This document shows, one piece after another, positions 25,626 to 40,572 of a stretch of 64,000 bases of DNA. The first letter of the stretch is position 1, and each line of letters starts with the position of its first letter. The translations under genes were made by a program, and so were the position numbers. Source of the stretch: Tricharina praecox (lineage: Eukaryota). The notes under the pieces are model-generated. The model ran no database searches. It was not told where the DNA came from and saw only the letters and a program-made list of their open reading frames with translations. The stretch spans positions 248,001 through 312,000 of the forward strand of contig NW_026250409.1 of assembly GCF_024521635.1 (NCBI RefSeq), given 5' to 3'.

Positions 25626-25944
25626 GCAGGGTATGCGAGGATGAGGATCGACTGTAGCACGTACTTTGTAGGAGTATAGGTGTATGGGGATGTCTGTCTG
25701 ATAGCACAATGATACCGGTATCGAGCGGAGCTGTTCTTCCTTCAAAACACACACACTTCCATGCATGTGACAGGCAGGCGCTGGTTACACGAATCGGAAG
25801 AAATCAAGTTCCGAAAGCGGTTTGGCTGCGAAGTTGGCAGTGGTGACGTATTAGGCTTGGGGGGGGGGGGGAACTCACCAAATACATGGACATATTTTCC
25901 GCACCCGAGAAGATCCCCCCGCCGCCACGATACTCCACACCACA

Positions 25945-28384
25945 ATGGCATCGCGACGCCTCCTCGACCTCTACGCGATCGCCAATGCCTCGACCGCGAT
26001 AGCGCGGAAGCACCTGCTGATCCGCTCGCACCAGATCACGCACTACGCGGCCACCAGCAGCATCGGGCTCGGCCGGACCTCGCAACGGCCGCAGCCAGTT
26101 CCCGTACGCCATGAAGCCACCCCCTCGGCGCCGCCGCAAGGCACGCAACCAGAAGGCGTAGCCCAAGACCACCACTACGCACCCAGCACGAGCCCGCCGC
26201 CGCCGCCCACCCCTCGCTCCGACCTGAGCATCAGCCAGTCCCCGCCGTCGCTCCGGCGGCACGCCCCGCCCTCCCCCGAAACGGCGAAGCGCCTGCAGGC
26301 AGCCTACGAAACCCGCATCCCGTCGCAAACCGCGGACCCACCGATGATGCCCGAGACGCACGCGGACGTGCTGGGGCAGGAGGATATCCGCGCTGAGGAC
26401 TTGACCCGCGGGCTCAATGAGGACTCGTTCTATCTCCGCCATGGCACGACGAGTCAGGTGCTGTCGAATCTGCCCAGAGCGAAGATTCCGAGAACGGCGG
26501 AGTCCGAGCAGCCGCGGGGCGTGACCGAGGGGATTAATTCCAGCGAGTTTGTGAGGGAGTTGCCGCAGCAGGAGAAGGCGGAGAAGGAGCTGGAGGAGCT
26601 CGGGAATCAGGCGTTTATGTCCAGGAGGGCTAGGGGGCTGTTTGGTGTCAAGCCTGGCCTGAAAATGCCGCAGAAGGGAGCGCAGCAGAGTGCAGAGAAT
26701 ATAGTGAAGCCTGTCACGAAACCTGAGTCATCGCGGAAGGAAGAGGAGGATATAGTCAAAGCTGTTGCGGAAGAAATAGAACGCGAGCAGGTGGTAGTTG
26801 ACCAGAAAGCGATCGAGGGGATCGCTGCAGAGGTGCGTAAGGAGATGAACTTTGAGAAAGTACGTTGTGGCCCTGAGAATGCAGCAAATTCGTATGCTGA
26901 TCGCACGACACGGCTGACCCAGAGTTCTCCCTTCCCCAACAGCCGGCGGTAGAAACGCCATACCAGATGACGGCCTCAAGAGTTCCATCGTCACGGGTGG
27001 GACGCCTGTTCCATTATGGTGGACTCGCTGCAGGAATGGCCTGGGGTGCAGCTAGTGAATCGGTCAGACGTGCAGCCGGTGGCGCTGGCGATACAGCTAC
27101 CAGCGTGATGTTTAGTGAGTCCAATGTGGAGCGGATGGTGAAGAAACTCAGCCGGATGCGAGGAGCGGCCCTGAAGCTGGGGCAGATGATGAGTTTTCAA
27201 GGTATGGACCACTAAGAATTTATGCGTGCAAGGCCGGCACTGATACCGACACGCAGATAAACTTCTCCCGGCCCCGATACAGGAGATTCTCACCCGAGTG
27301 CAGGACAGTGCGGACTACATGCCTGCCTCGCAGCGCGACAAAGTCCTCATCGCCAACCTAGGACCGAACTGGCGCGATCTATTCTCCGAATTCTCCGAGG
27401 TTCCAATGGCGGCCGCGTCGATCGGCCAAGTTCACGCCGGAAAACTGGCTTCGAACGGTATTCCAGTCGCCATCAAGATCCAGTATCCCGGCGTCGCCGA
27501 CTCCATCTCTTCCGATCTCAACAACCTCGCTGTACTCCTGACGGCCTCCAAGATGCTCCCTAAGGGACTGTATCTCGACAAGACCATCGCCAATGCCCGC
27601 CTCGAGCTCGGCTGGGAGTGCGACTACGTCCGCGAGGCGGAGTGCGCCAAACGTTTCGCTGTGATCCTCCAGGCGGAGAAGGATGTGTTCCGCGTGCCGC
27701 GCATATTCGACGAGGCGTCGGGTCCGCAAGTGCTCACCATGGAGATGATGCAGGGCGTGGCGGTGACAAAAACGATAAAGAACCTAAGCCAAGAGGAACG
27801 AGACTTCATCGGGACACAGATCCTGGGACTGTGCTTCCGCGAGGTCGCCAGATATCGGTTCATGCAGACGGATCCGAACTGGACCAATTTCCTCTGGAAC
27901 GCTGCCGACAAGAAGGTATGGTACAACCTCCATCCGCTCTATCCAGCCCCACTGACACCGTTAGATCGAACTCCTCGACTTCGGCGCCTCGCGCGAGTTT
28001 TCCGCCGACTTCACGGCGCTATACACCTCCATCCTGCGCGCCGCCTCACGGAAGGACCTTTCCGCGCTGCGCACGCTCTCCGTCCAGCTCGGGTACCTTA
28101 CGGGCCTCGAGTCCTCGGCCATGACGCAGGCGCACGTAACCAGCATCCTCACCCTCGCAGAGCCGTTCTCGAAGGACGCGCCGGAAATTTACGATTTCAG
28201 CCAGCAGACCGTCACGGATCGCGTCAAGGAGCAGATTCCGCTCATGATCAGGGAGAGACTTGCTCCTCCCCCAGAGGAGACGTATAGTCTCCATCGGAAA
28301 TTGAGTGGGGCTTTCTTGCTGTGTGCGAGACTGGGGAGTAGGGTTAGGTGTAGGGAGATTTTTGAGGAGGCGGTGGGGGAGTAG
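25945..28384 (+). CDS. COQ8: Mitochondrial atypical kinase Coq8/Abc1
   Basis: SRVPSSRVGRLFHYGGLA, RMRGAALKLGQMMS, AAASIGQVH, VAIKIQYPGV, MQTDPNWTNF, LLDFGASR, PPPEETYSLHRKLSGAFLLC; three introns. Confidence 0.94.
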
Positions 28385-29375
28385 ATGGGACTATGGGGGA
28401 GGAGGGGTGTACAGTATATTATGTTATATATGGCGCGACGACACTGCACGAAATCTACACGCATTGTCACTCCTGCTCGGTCTCCATGCATTGTAATTGT
28501 CGATTGACTACAGAGCGATATCTACATAGGTAAATGTACAACTCCCCGCCATGAGGAAACCCCACCTTAGTTACCGCACCTGTAACCCCACCGGATAACT
28601 CCAGATGACGAAGGCGAACTCGTCACAAACCCATACCTGGTGAGTGATTTTTCATGTATATGCCGAAATGATGATAGGTGTCCGGCCTGTCAGTGTTACC
28701 AGTATTCGCAGTCTCTCAGTATTCCCCCTATAGATTCAGACAGAGGAGAGAGTAGTTGAACCATTACGTCCGACTCCTGAGTTACTCCAATTACGTACGT
28801 TTCGTAACGGCTCGAGCATATCACTCGTGTACGCACTGTGCACCCAAACTTCGACCTAAACCTCGACGCAAACAATTCAAAGTTCGCACACTTCAATCCG
28901 AAGAATAGGTAGATTGATTGATTCCCCCATCATTCACTATTCCACCGTTTCCTACATCACACCAGAACCAAAACCAACTAACAAAAAGAAAAGCAAAATT
29001 ATCATACATTCCATCCTCTCAAATCCATCATTAATGATCAATCCTCAATCCCCAATGCCCATCATGGGCATGGGCTGTAACTACCGCGAAATTAAGAATA
29101 AGAATTGGGAGCTCGCCCAGTAACCAGAATCAGAAAGGAAAGGAAAAGACCATTATGAATGAATGCAAAACAGCCCTAAAAAAAGAAGAAAAAAGAAGGA
29201 TCGGACCATCAACAGAAAATCGAAAAGAATGGACAAACAACGACGCCGTTTTGCGCCATGAAAAGAATGAAAGGAATGAAGGTGAAAGTGAAGTTAGAAG
29301 CAAAGAATCATACCGCCACCGTGCCCACCAGCCCAACCGCATCAATCCCATATCGTAACATAAAACATCGACAGC

Positions 29376-32300
29376 TTACATAGCGTGCTTATTCGCCTGG
29401 CGCTGCATCTTCCTGAGGGCCTCCTGGTGGAGCTCGAGCATATCCTTCTGGCGCATGCGCTCCTCCATGAGTCCGCCGCGGAGGTTCCCCTGCGCCAACT
29501 TCTGCCGCTCGAGAACAGCGGCGTGTTTGCGCTCGTCGAGCATTTCGGCGCGGCGCTGATCCACTAGGTGTGCTGCTGCCGCAGTCTCTTGCATCTGTAG
29601 ACCTTCGTTCAATGCGTGTAAAACATCTGTGCGTTTGTCATGATACTGTTGTGGGATGGGTGTGGGGTGGCGTTGTGTGGAGCTCCAGCTGCGGCGTGTC
29701 TGCAAGTGGAGGATTTGCTGGCGGTCCGCAAGTGGCATGTCGTCGCTGAGCACCTGTGGACTCTGGGAGGTGGAGCCACGAGATTGGGGTGTAGCCACAC
29801 GGGAGATTGGTGTGGCCCCCCGAGACAGAGGGGTGGGAGCTCGTGAGGGCGCGAAATTCATCGCAGATGCCGATCTGTAAGGATCGGTAGTGGTCCGCGC
29901 AATTGGTAGAGGGCCTACTAAAGGCGACGAGCCGCCGTATGCATCTAAAGCGGTGATGCTTGCTCTATTGCGGACGAGGTTTTCCCGTTGACCGAGCAGT
30001 GTTCCTTGCTTTGGGAATCTATCTTCCCGTTGGGCTGCAGCGGAAGTCGCACGTTCGACCAGAGGGAACGGTGGGAACGCATGCGCAACTGGCTCGGGGG
30101 CAACTGGCGGCGGAGAAGGAGACTGTTCGGTTGGCGGGGTCTCTGGAATCGGAAGCGGGACAGAGTTCGAGCGGAAGCTGGAACGGGTTGGCGCGGTCGC
30201 AGATGTAGACGATGGCAATGGTGTAGTGAAGCTCGTTGACCTTCTGGCTTCTTTCCGAGAGACCGGCTTCGGGGCTCCTTCCGTAGTTCCCTGGAGCTCT
30301 TGGAAATCCAAGTGCGCAGGCTGCTCATCGTCTTCATCTGCAGCCTGGGGGCGGGATAAATCATCGAGCTCAGGCTTGTCGGCTTCACTTAGGTGTTTGG
30401 CCCATTCGTTCGTGCGATACGTCTTCACAACTTTCGAGCACTGAGTCTGTACCTCAAAAGTTCCTCGCGAAGCTGTCGATTCCGCTTTGGACTTCGGGAA
30501 GGAAGCGGGAACCAAGTCTTGGGGGAGAACAGGCGGTGGTCCCTTTGAGGCTGCGGATGACGAGTTTGGCGTGACGATGGAAGCTGTATCAACCGGACCT
30601 TCCGGGGAGTCGATAGAAGTACGTGCACCGTCCGCGAATGGACCTTCCACTGCATCTTTCTGCATAGAAACCCTCGGAGACATCGGCAAAGCGATATCCT
30701 TGGGGTCGAGATCCTTGGGGTCGAGTATGGTAGAATTCCTACCCAATTCCGGTAAGCCGTCGTCTTCCTCATCCAGTCGGTCATCGCATGTTGCCGCAAG
30801 ACTGGACGCCCATGATGCCCTGTTGAATGAAAACACCGGCATATCAAGCCCCTCTTGCTCTTCAATGATGACCGAGAAATGATCGTTGTCTGCCCTGGCC
30901 GCTACCGAAGATCCTTCGCTCCTGTTGTCATCCTCGCCTTCGCACTGGAACGGCAGTGGGATAACCACGGGGCCCGCCGACTTTTCCGCGGCATCCTGAT
31001 CTTCCTCGTCCTTTGCAGTCTGTGTGGATTGCCGTCGTAACGATTGTGATGAATGCCTTCGAGAAGCTGCCTCGGATGAGTTTCTTCTGGAATTCTGTGC
31101 GCTCTTTTGTGGCGGTTTCAGACCCTGATCATCCGTTAAAGTCGATATGCCATCCGGATCCTCTGGTGATTCCGAATGCCTCCGTGAAGACTCTCCTCCC
31201 GTACTCCCCATCGTTTGGATGTGCCCAAAGCCCTCGGTCACTTCACCGCTTGCTCTGGTCTCGTCATCTCCGAGTCCAGAGTCTGTCTTGCTTCCGCCGG
31301 TTACCGGACGAACAGCAGCTGAGGCATCTTTCTTGTCCTTATCTCCATAGGTAGCCTCCCACTTGCCCCTCTCTTCCTGGTACTCGGCTTCCACCCTCCT
31401 GCCAGTCTCGGCATCCACAGCCTCCAGATCCGCCTCCTGAAGTCGCCGCGCAGCATCCTTAGCCCCTCTCCGCTCCTGCAGTATTTTCCACAGTTTCATT
31501 TGCGACATAACCCCAACTGCGAACACCACGATGATGGCAGCAATTTCAACTTTCATTCCACGGGTGTGGGGATATGTATCGGTGCCGAGCGGGAAGAGAT
31601 TATCGTTGAGAGCCCATATGTACAGCCAGAACTCCTTCATTTCCAGCGGTTAGCTTCAAAAAGGGCATCACACATTCCGACAGGAAATACCTTCAATCTG
31701 TTCCACGTTAGCAACATGTATACAAGTAGAAAGGAGTAGGAACTCATTACCCAGCGCGAGAAAAGCAATCGATCCCCAAGATCAACGAAGTCGACCCGGC
31801 AAAGGAGAGCGATCCGATCAATCCCCACGGTCTCGTGACCCTATGGAATGCGAGGGCAAAGACGACGAGGCAGAATGCTCCGATCAAGATGAGCTTTCCG
31901 TAGACGGAAGTAAGAAGGCCGCCGGGCTTCAGGACCAAGACTTTTAAGCGGTGTCAGTCAGACGCACAGCATCGGACGTATGTATGGGGATACCCACACC
32001 ACATGGACAAGCAGAAGCCTCCTAGTAGACATCCCAGTCCTTCCGTCACTTCTGGGAATACTATAGCCAGACCTCCGAGTGCGGTACCGGTCATGACCAC
32101 CGCCACAACGTATGCGCCTTGGATTGCATTTCCAACCGGTGGGTTCATGACGTAGACGATCAGGACCGTGACTGCCAGACTGACCAGATAGGCACTGGAC
32201 AGGAAGATGTGCACTCTTTGAGGGTTTAGGTCAGCAACTCGTGACGCGTGAGTGACCATACATGACGATCATACCGTTTGATCTTGATCCCAACCAAGCT

Positions 32301-32778
32301 GCAGCACAGCCCAGCAATCATCAAGAATATACCGGCGACTCCGAGGCCAGGCGTGACCTTGGGCGGGATAGGTAGGCCGCCGGCATAGACCTCTCTCGAA
32401 GTTTCATCTTCATGATATCAGCCAATCCGTCCTGATATATGTACCAAAAGAAGTGGAGCGTCTCCACTACTGACCTTGTCTTCCACCCTCGAAGATGTCG
32501 GTACCGGACGCTGCCGGTGCCGCAGATACGGAAGAGGACCTATCGGCAGCGGGTGTGGATGTGCTACTTGCACGGTCACTCGACGTCCTTACCGTCGATT
32601 GCGGTCCCGAGCTTCTCGTCTGTGTGGGCCCGTCTTCTCCTCCACTCGCAGTAGCCTGGCGTGGTATCAAGGCGACAGCCGTCCTCGGCCGGAGCTCCGG
32701 CGAACTTCCACACGAGCCCAGATAGGCGCAGAACAGCAAAGCGACGAACGCGCAAATCAGTGGACGGCCAAAGTGCAT
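29376..32778 (-). CDS. DUF4203 (TM7S3/TM198-like) multi-pass membrane protein with long disordered C-terminus
   Basis: Signal peptide MHFGRPLICAFVALLFCAYLG; FLSSAYLVSLAVTVLIVYVMNPPV...GLGCLLGGFCLSMW; LGIDCFSRAG/KEFWLYIW; several introns; 754-aa final ORF. Confidence 0.78.
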
Positions 32779-35700
32779 TATCGATATGTGAATTGGGTTA
32801 GCTGGTTAGCAGATAGCGTCGTAACTACTACCAAGACAGCTCGGCCGCCTACTGCAGGTACGTATCTGCGAACGGGCGGCGGAGGAAGGGCGGTCTTTGG
32901 CGTATATCGAGCGCGGGGGTGCAAAGGGCTGAACGGGCTACTGGTGGTAATGAGGATCGAAATACCGAGCCGTACATGTAATAGGGAGAAGAAAAGAAAA
33001 AATAATCGGAGAGAGGGACTGGAGAGAGAGAAGAGGAAAAATAAGGCGCGAGCAGATCAAGGAAGGTGGAATGTCGCAGGCTCGGTGTATAGTAAATCTG
33101 CGGCCGACAGTTTGGTTTACGGATGGATGCCTATGGTGGGCAGTGGGGGATCGATATTGGAAGGAAGGTAAGGGCTCCACAACAAGAGTGAGCAACAACA
33201 ACGAAACGTGCGTATGGACAGGGCGGTCAGGCTCGGACTGCAGGAAGGGCTGGAGGGGGGACCGTCTAGGACAATGAGTGGATGATCTGTACAGACAGAC
33301 GCAGAAGCCGACGCATAGGCACGAGATACCTGTCGAGTACCTGGTAACTAGCGATGCAGAGGATGGAACGTGAGGAAGTTGAAGAAGCGATCGAAGAGGC
33401 GGGAGAGACAGGAGAGAGAGACAGGAGGCGGCGGACGGGGTGGAGGGTGGGGAGGTGGGAGTTGGAGGTGGGAGCAGAGTGGCTACGGGAGCACGGCAGA
33501 GCAGGTGTTGACGAAGAAGCAGAAGAAGCAATGGGTATATCTAACCAAGTATTATCCAATCCGGGGGCCGAGACATGATGGTGCCAATACGGCGGCCGAA
33601 CATTGTATGCGCTACTAACCAGCAGAGTAGGTACCATACCAGTATCCATATGATCTACCTACAAACATATCGTTACGCCCGGCCCTGTGCAACCATCCAA
33701 ACACTCCGAGACGAAACTCCTGGTACTCACTCATCTACCTGGCTCCAGGTACGCCCGCCCCTCATTATCAGAGTAGTTATTCCTCCGCCCCACGACTTCA
33801 TCCCTCACGCTGAACAAAGGTGCGTATTTCCTCGGTGGACCCCTCGGAGTCCGGAGACTGCTCGATCGACGCGGCAAGCACTTACTCTTCTCAGCAGGTG
33901 CAGAACATGCCGTCCAGCCCTCCTGTGCTGCCCCAGCATAGAGTACGGTACTATACCGTCAGAACCACACAAGACGAAAGACTGGCTGGGCCGGGGACAA
34001 TTTAACTGGGAAAAAGCAAAATCCCGGTCGAATGAAACCTTCTTCAGATCCTTGGTCCGCTGAGGAATCGGGCCATCGACGAATCATAGTGGCAGCCTCA
34101 TACGTATGGAGCAGTGGAGCACCACCCCCCTTCGTTGGAACTCGGCTCCATGGAGCACTATCCCCTTCATCATTGGAACTCTGCTCCAAACAGTGCGCGC
34201 CTCGTAAGCTTGCACGGCTCAATTGATTGACCCAGGCTTCTGGAGATGTCTTGCTTCCCGAATTATCGGCAAGTTGCAGCATTCTTCTGCGTTCATCCCA
34301 GTCGTATCACAGTTCTCTTCAGCAGATCGCGACGCAGATGCTACGAGGCGTCAGGCGCGTCGTCACGGCCGCAGCGCACTGTACGACAAACACATCCAAA
34401 ACGAGAGGGAGAAAACAGAAGAGAAGCTTGCAGCGGAACGAGACTGGGAGAGAGACCGAGAAAGCGAACCGGACACGCCGATGACGACGGACAACTCAGA
34501 GTTGCCGAACCCCAGCCTGTCCGCCTGCTTGCCTTGACGTGCAGATTTGAGGATAGATATCGCTGGGTGCTGACGTGATTAATCGCTTTTTCCTAAGGGT
34601 GCGCCTTAGGTACTGGTCCCAGCCAACAGATATCTCCATCCACCCACCACCACAACCACCACAACCACCACAACCACCTCTGCGGCGTTTCTCCTTGCTT
34701 GTTCCCGGGCTGGGTGGCCAGCACGCCCATGCGTGGACCAGGAAAGAAGCCATTCAGTCACCGATATTCCAAAAAGCCCTCTCGATTTAGAGTATGAGGT
34801 AGAGGCACACTACCGTACGAGTAGTGTGGAGTGGCGTGGTGCACATACCTACTAGAGTCCACAGACGTTCTCCACCATGGAGTCACTCTCCCCCGGATCT
34901 GGAAGGAAGGAACAAGTCGCTTAAGCCGCGATACAGACTCCACTCTGGGTAGTGTAGATCTGTTGTGATGCTCTTGGAGCGGACTACTATGGAACCATGT
35001 ATGTACCGTACTCTATCTGCTATGTAGCGCACTTTACTCTACGCTTTGAAGCGTCGAGACCCAGACTGGCACGGACAGATGTGCCGACATCATCCTACAT
35101 GCAGATGCTACGCGGTCCTCGCTGTCGTGCTGTCCTCCTCCTCCTCCACTGCAGCCCGTCCTCCTTTGCGGCTCCAAATTCGGCAGCTTGGGAACACCGG
35201 GTTGTGATCCCATCCATTCAATCGAATGCTCACGCCTATGCCCACGATCATGATCGCCTCCCGGTCCAATAGCAGGTGCGCTCGAGCATCTGCTCCAAAG
35301 AATACTTGCGCACTCCCCGCGGGGTACTTCTGCGGGCAGGCTGTATACTCCACATACGTGCTGCGAGCAAGCGTCAGCACTCGAGATCTGTCTTCAGCAT
35401 CTACATCCCGCCACTCCAGAGAACGCCCGAGACGTAATGCCGATATCTATCCACCGCCACCAGCGGTCACGACGATGCCGATGCGGTCATTCACCTCCAC
35501 AAGTCAGGGGTTTGATACCTACCCCATCCGTTGAAACGAAGCCTTTCGGCGCTCCGGCCAGGCAGATTGGTCTCGCTTAGGTAGTGCCAAGCCCCGTCGC
35601 GCCAATCCCAATGCATCCAAGCAAAATTTGGAACCTTCAACATCTGTCAGAATTTTGCCTGCCGCCGCAAGTCACCACTCCCCGCCTACCCAACACCCAC

Positions 35701-35819
35701 CCCCCCAACCTCTACCTCCCACCACTATCAATCCATCCCCACACACCGTTCGACCGCCCGCCTCCCCCCCCTCCACCCCCCCACCCAAAAAACAAAAGAC
35801 ATACATACAAGTCGCCATC

Positions 35820-36357
35820 ATGCTGTCCACGCACACGTTCCTTCGCTCGTCGGCGTCCGCCGTTCGCTCGTTCAGCACCTCGTCCGCCCGCGGCACCATG
35901 GCCAAGATCTCAATCATCGGACGTCTCGCGGCGGACCCGGAATTGGCCACCTCCAACGACGGCAAGGAGTATATGAAGTACACGGTTGGCAGCTCGTATA
36001 AGTCTGGGGGCGAGGACAAGGTCTCGTGGTTCCGCGTTGCGGCCTTCGAGGCGTACTCGAAGAACTACCTGCTCGCTCTGCGGAAGGGGTGCGCACGCCT
36101 GGTCCTCCCGGTTGTTTGTGGAGAGTACGTGCGCTGAATTGAACGATAGAACTCTCGTCTACGTCGAGGGAAACATCCGGACCAGGATCTTGGACGTCGA
36201 GGGCAAGTCGGTCACTAGCTTTGATATCGCTCAGCGTTCGTCCCCCCCCCCTCCACCCCCCATCCCTTCGCCGCTGACATCCCGTACAGGTCAAATCTAC
36301 GCTCTGTCCCGACCGAAGTCAGCCTCTCCCGAGGAGGAGGGTGAGGAGGAGCACTAA
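35820..36357 (+). CDS. RIM1: Mitochondrial single-stranded DNA-binding protein
   Basis: Presequence MLSTHTFLRSSASAVRSFSTSSAR; AKISIIGRLAADPE, SWFRVAAF, KGTLVYVEG; two introns. Confidence 0.88.
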
Positions 36358-39300
36358 ACGCACTTCTAACGGGTAGGGAGAAACGATGGGCCGGACGGAC
36401 TGTGTCGTTTGTTCACGCGCGGGATGAAGATTGTACAATAGTTGATGGCAAGCCAAGCAAGAGCAAGGTGTATGCAACAGTCGCGATACCGATACCGAAA
36501 CCGAAGAATCGATTGATCTATAGGTGTACCGTGGTTCACAAGCACAAGCACAAACACAAACGAAACACAAACACAAACACAAGCTCACGTCCAAAACGGC
36601 CGGAAATCGACGCGTGACATGCGAGTCGAAAAACTGCGGGCTGGCTGACGAGACGGCGAGGATCCCATAATCTTGAATCGCCCGGCGCTCGCTGTCGCAT
36701 CGAGACTATGGCGTTCCCTTCCCCCTTCCCCTTCTTTCCGATTCCACACGGTGATATGGTCATCGTAAGCCACCCCTCATACATACAGAGGAATTGGGCG
36801 TGCCTTTAGATAGCTCCATCTGTTTTTTTTTCTGTAAACTGTGAGCTGTGGAAACCAGGCTTTCTTCGCAGGAGTGCCCGTGGTACATACCTGGGTAGAT
36901 ACCGTGACTGGGTCACGAATCTTACCAAGTTAGCTTTGCGCTCGGCCCACGCATTGACCGCAGGTATCCGCCGCCGCTGGCGCCGCCAATCTGCTAGTTA
37001 TCTACTCCTTAATCCTAGGCGGCGATAGTTATCGATGGTTATCGATAGTTGTCGACAGTTGGCGAAAGCTTATACGCGATAGAGGGTGGACATAGCGCTG
37101 CGCATTATTCCCGTTGCCGCTTTATTTTTATTTTACTCAAGATTATGCAATACACACACACCGTTTCCATGTCCACCGTCCAACCTGGCCGAGGTCAAAC
37201 CGCCTCTCTTCCTACTCCTCGAGCCCCTGATACCCCCGTTGCCGTGCCGCGGAGAAAACTCAATTTAAAGTCAATCCCTCCGGCGACTGGCGACCAAGAT
37301 GAGTGAGAAATTGTGATTTGTCGGTGTGATGTGGTGTAGTGGAGTTCCGCGCACTTACCGAACCATCAAATCCATGCGACACGCCTCTTTCTCCGTGGGC
37401 AGCACGAGGTCAGAGGATTGGGCTTGCTATATACTCTATTGGGCGGTCGAGAGGTATCCATGGTCCTCGGGCCTTCCACCAACGCAAGCATGGTAATAGT
37501 ATGGTGAAGATATACAGATCTCTCCACCTTTCCTACACCGGTGTCGGGGTCGTACACGCAATCGGATTCCACGTCCTACCAGCGAAGTAGGCCTGAATCT
37601 ACCCTACCGGGCTGCTGCTGCTGCAATAAACAGTATGCATCCACGCCGTCCGGCCGGTAGGTAGTGGACTCAGGACTGCCGCCGCCACCATTCTCGTCCG
37701 CGCTTCGCCGTAGCAGCACATACATGTTACTCAGAGAGCGGCTTCGGCGATCGCTAAGATGTAGCCAAGTACATCGCCGTGGTAGGGGCGGGTGGCTTTT
37801 TTGTTTTGGTTGAATCGTTGATTACGTGCGACCTATCGAAATCATGGCAATACACCTACACGCAGCGACGTAGTGACGTGGTCGTTTGCTTGTCTATGTA
37901 CTTCTTCCACTTCTACTGTTCAACCACGACCTCTACTGATATCAGCGAGCAGTCCGCAGAGGCTTGTTATGTCCGGCTGCCTTGCTCGTGCCCAGAAGAT
38001 GTGCAGATTAGATAGAACACACCAAGGGAATGATCAAGGAAAGAGAAAGCCCCACGCATCAAGCCTCAAGCCTCCGTCTCCGCCTCGTCTCCTGTGCTGT
38101 GCCTTGGTCAGGAGATGCCACGAAGAAGAGTGGGTGTTCCTCAACCTCTCCGCCCACCGCCATCCTCTTCTCCTCCTCGCCACCCTCCGCCGCCTCGCCA
38201 GCCGCGGAGGACCCGCCCGCGCAGTGCGCACACCAGTAGTAGCCAGTATATTGCCAGGAAATTCCACGAACGCCTATCTGCGCTGCTCTGCTGTCGAAGC
38301 GAATGTTGCCGAAGCGAACGTTGCCGGCAGCAACGGTTGGCAGCAACGGGCGGACTGGCGCGGCACATCTCCTCCCCTTCCCTCCCCATCTCCCATCTCC
38401 TTCCCTCCCGTTCTCGCTCACGGGCAGAGTGATATACTATGATCCTCTCGACCCCGATGCGCGCGCCTGCCTCATTTACACGGTCACCCCTAGCCTATCT
38501 ATGTGTCCCACCAGATCGAACTGCCATACTCTACTATATAAGCATATCACAGGTACCGTAGGTATATACATGACACCAGCACTCATTACCGACATCGTGC
38601 GGGTCGAGCGGGTCCCTGCTCGCTCGCGCGGCGCGGCGCGGCGCGGCTGGCTGCATACAACCTCAATACTTCCTACATAGATCATACCTATTACATATAC
38701 CTACTAGAGTACTACCGTAGAGTGACCACTGACCAGGTAAGAATCCGAGATCGATTGTGTACTTACTTAATGTACATTGTAGCCATATCGATTGGGTGAC
38801 TATATCGAAGTATTGGCCAATCGGTTGGGAAGTGGGAAGGCAAAGCACAGGGCCGTGCAGTGCAGCGCAGCGCGCAGGACGGCGATCTGAGACGCGGGCC
38901 ATGGATTTTGGATGGGGGCCGAGATAGGGATTGGAGGTTTGCCGCGGTGTAGTTACCGGACGGAAATATGTATGTAGACAGGTACATATATACTTATATG
39001 CGCTGCAGTTCGCCAGCGGATGTCGGACACACGCACGTGGATGGGGAATTTCAAGCCGTGGGAAGAAGGAGGTAAGTGGTTACATACTTCTTGCTTGCTC
39101 AACTTATATGTACATGTAGCAATCGCCAACCCCCCTCCCCGCCCCCCAAAAAAGGGATAACCAAAATAATCAGACCACATTACCCCCGAGAAGAGTCGCA
39201 AACTCGCAATCGAGAGCGGGAAATGCGTGAAAACTATAACAAACAAAACCGTTCCAATATTCACGTAAAATATACCCACGGTGCAAGGCTACGCTGACGA

Positions 39301-39378
39301 CCGTACGCCGCTATCCCGCCACGCAACACAGGAAAGCTAGTAGTCTGACCGTGAACAAGAGTCTTTCCGTATTGTCTG

Positions 39379-40572
39379 CTAGTGTGATGCGGGCCAGATG
39401 GGGTAGTCACCGTCGTCGTTGGAGGAGAGGGTTGTGGTTCTGTTGACGGGTATGTTAGATTGGAATTTGAAGGAAAAGGAGGAGGAGGGGGGAGGGGAGC
39501 ATACAAGTCCACAGCCTTCCCTTTCGACCCTGTGCTGTCCTGTGTGGAACCGGGAATTGAAAAAGCTCTCGCATGCAGGTTTTCTCGTGCCATGAGCCTG
39601 TCGGGCAGGAATCTCCCGATGCCGATGGTGTTGATCCAGTCCCTGTACAGGGCCACGGCATCCTTCCCCAGGCCGAACAGGAGAAACACCAGGAAGCCGA
39701 CCCCGACGGGCGGCCAGCGATCGAATTTGATTACGTTGCCGGTCGGGATCTTTTCGATCGACAGCCAGCCCTCGCCGTGAATATCCGCCCAGCTGTACGG
39801 AAGGAACTCGTCGCTGATGTTCAGGAAGAAGGTGTAGACGCTTGCAGGCAGGAACACGATCAGGAGGATCACCGCAAGAAGGAACAGCCGCATGAACCGC
39901 GACTTGTTTGCGTACGTACTACTGCTCAGGATGCTGGTGAAGCGGTTGCGATATTTGTGCAGACGATATATCACCAGCGCTGTGCGACGAGTCAGCTGTG
40001 CTTCCGTCGCGTGAGATGTGGTGATCAAACTTACCTGCGTAGTAGGACGCGACTAGCGCCGTGATGGGAGGCCAAATGAAGATGATGATAATGCTAGGCC
40101 AAGATTTGTCGACGGTCGCGCCGCATCCAGAGATGGTGTAGAGGTAGTAGCGTCTCGGTTGAACCACATAGTGAACCGCCATCATGTAGATGGGGATGCC
40201 GAGGCAAATAACCAGATCCTTCATGTTTTCCCTCCTTTTCACAGCCTTCGTCCGCACAATTGGATTGTCGTCAGAGAGGATGTTGGCCAGATTCCGAGCG
40301 ATGGCGAGTATCGACGTGATGATTCCGGTGTAGCCGGCCATGAGGATCTTGACTTGGATGTCGCAGTAGATTCCGCCCTCCCAGCCAGCCAAGAGGGAGG
40401 CATCGTCCGGCCAGATGAAAGAATTGACCCACGTGCAGAGGTTGTACGGTACCAACCAGAGTATCAGAGCGATTGCTGGAATGTTGCCGTTTCGCCAATG
40501 CCAGTTGAGAGGCACAAGACAGAGGATCATCGATAGGCCACACGAAATGCGGTACAGTGCTAAAACAACCAT
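39379..40572 (-). CDS. STE3: a-factor-type pheromone receptor (STE3-family GPCR)
   Basis: PLNWHWRNGNIPA, WEGGIYCDIQVKI, HYVVQPRRYYLYTISGC, RFMRLF, PYSWADIH, FLLFGLGKDAVALY; introns 39980-40034 and 39440-39504 (if intron 2 is retained the ORF ends at 39261). Confidence 0.92.

Noticed and set aside
28668..28780. ATGATGA...CTGA pair suggesting a second C/D snoRNA
   Set aside because: No terminal stem and no rRNA complementarity I can recognise
34223..34537. Charged ORF (..EREKTEEKLAAERDWERDRE..)
   Set aside because: No ATG-initiated model or recognisable domain; at best a gene remnant
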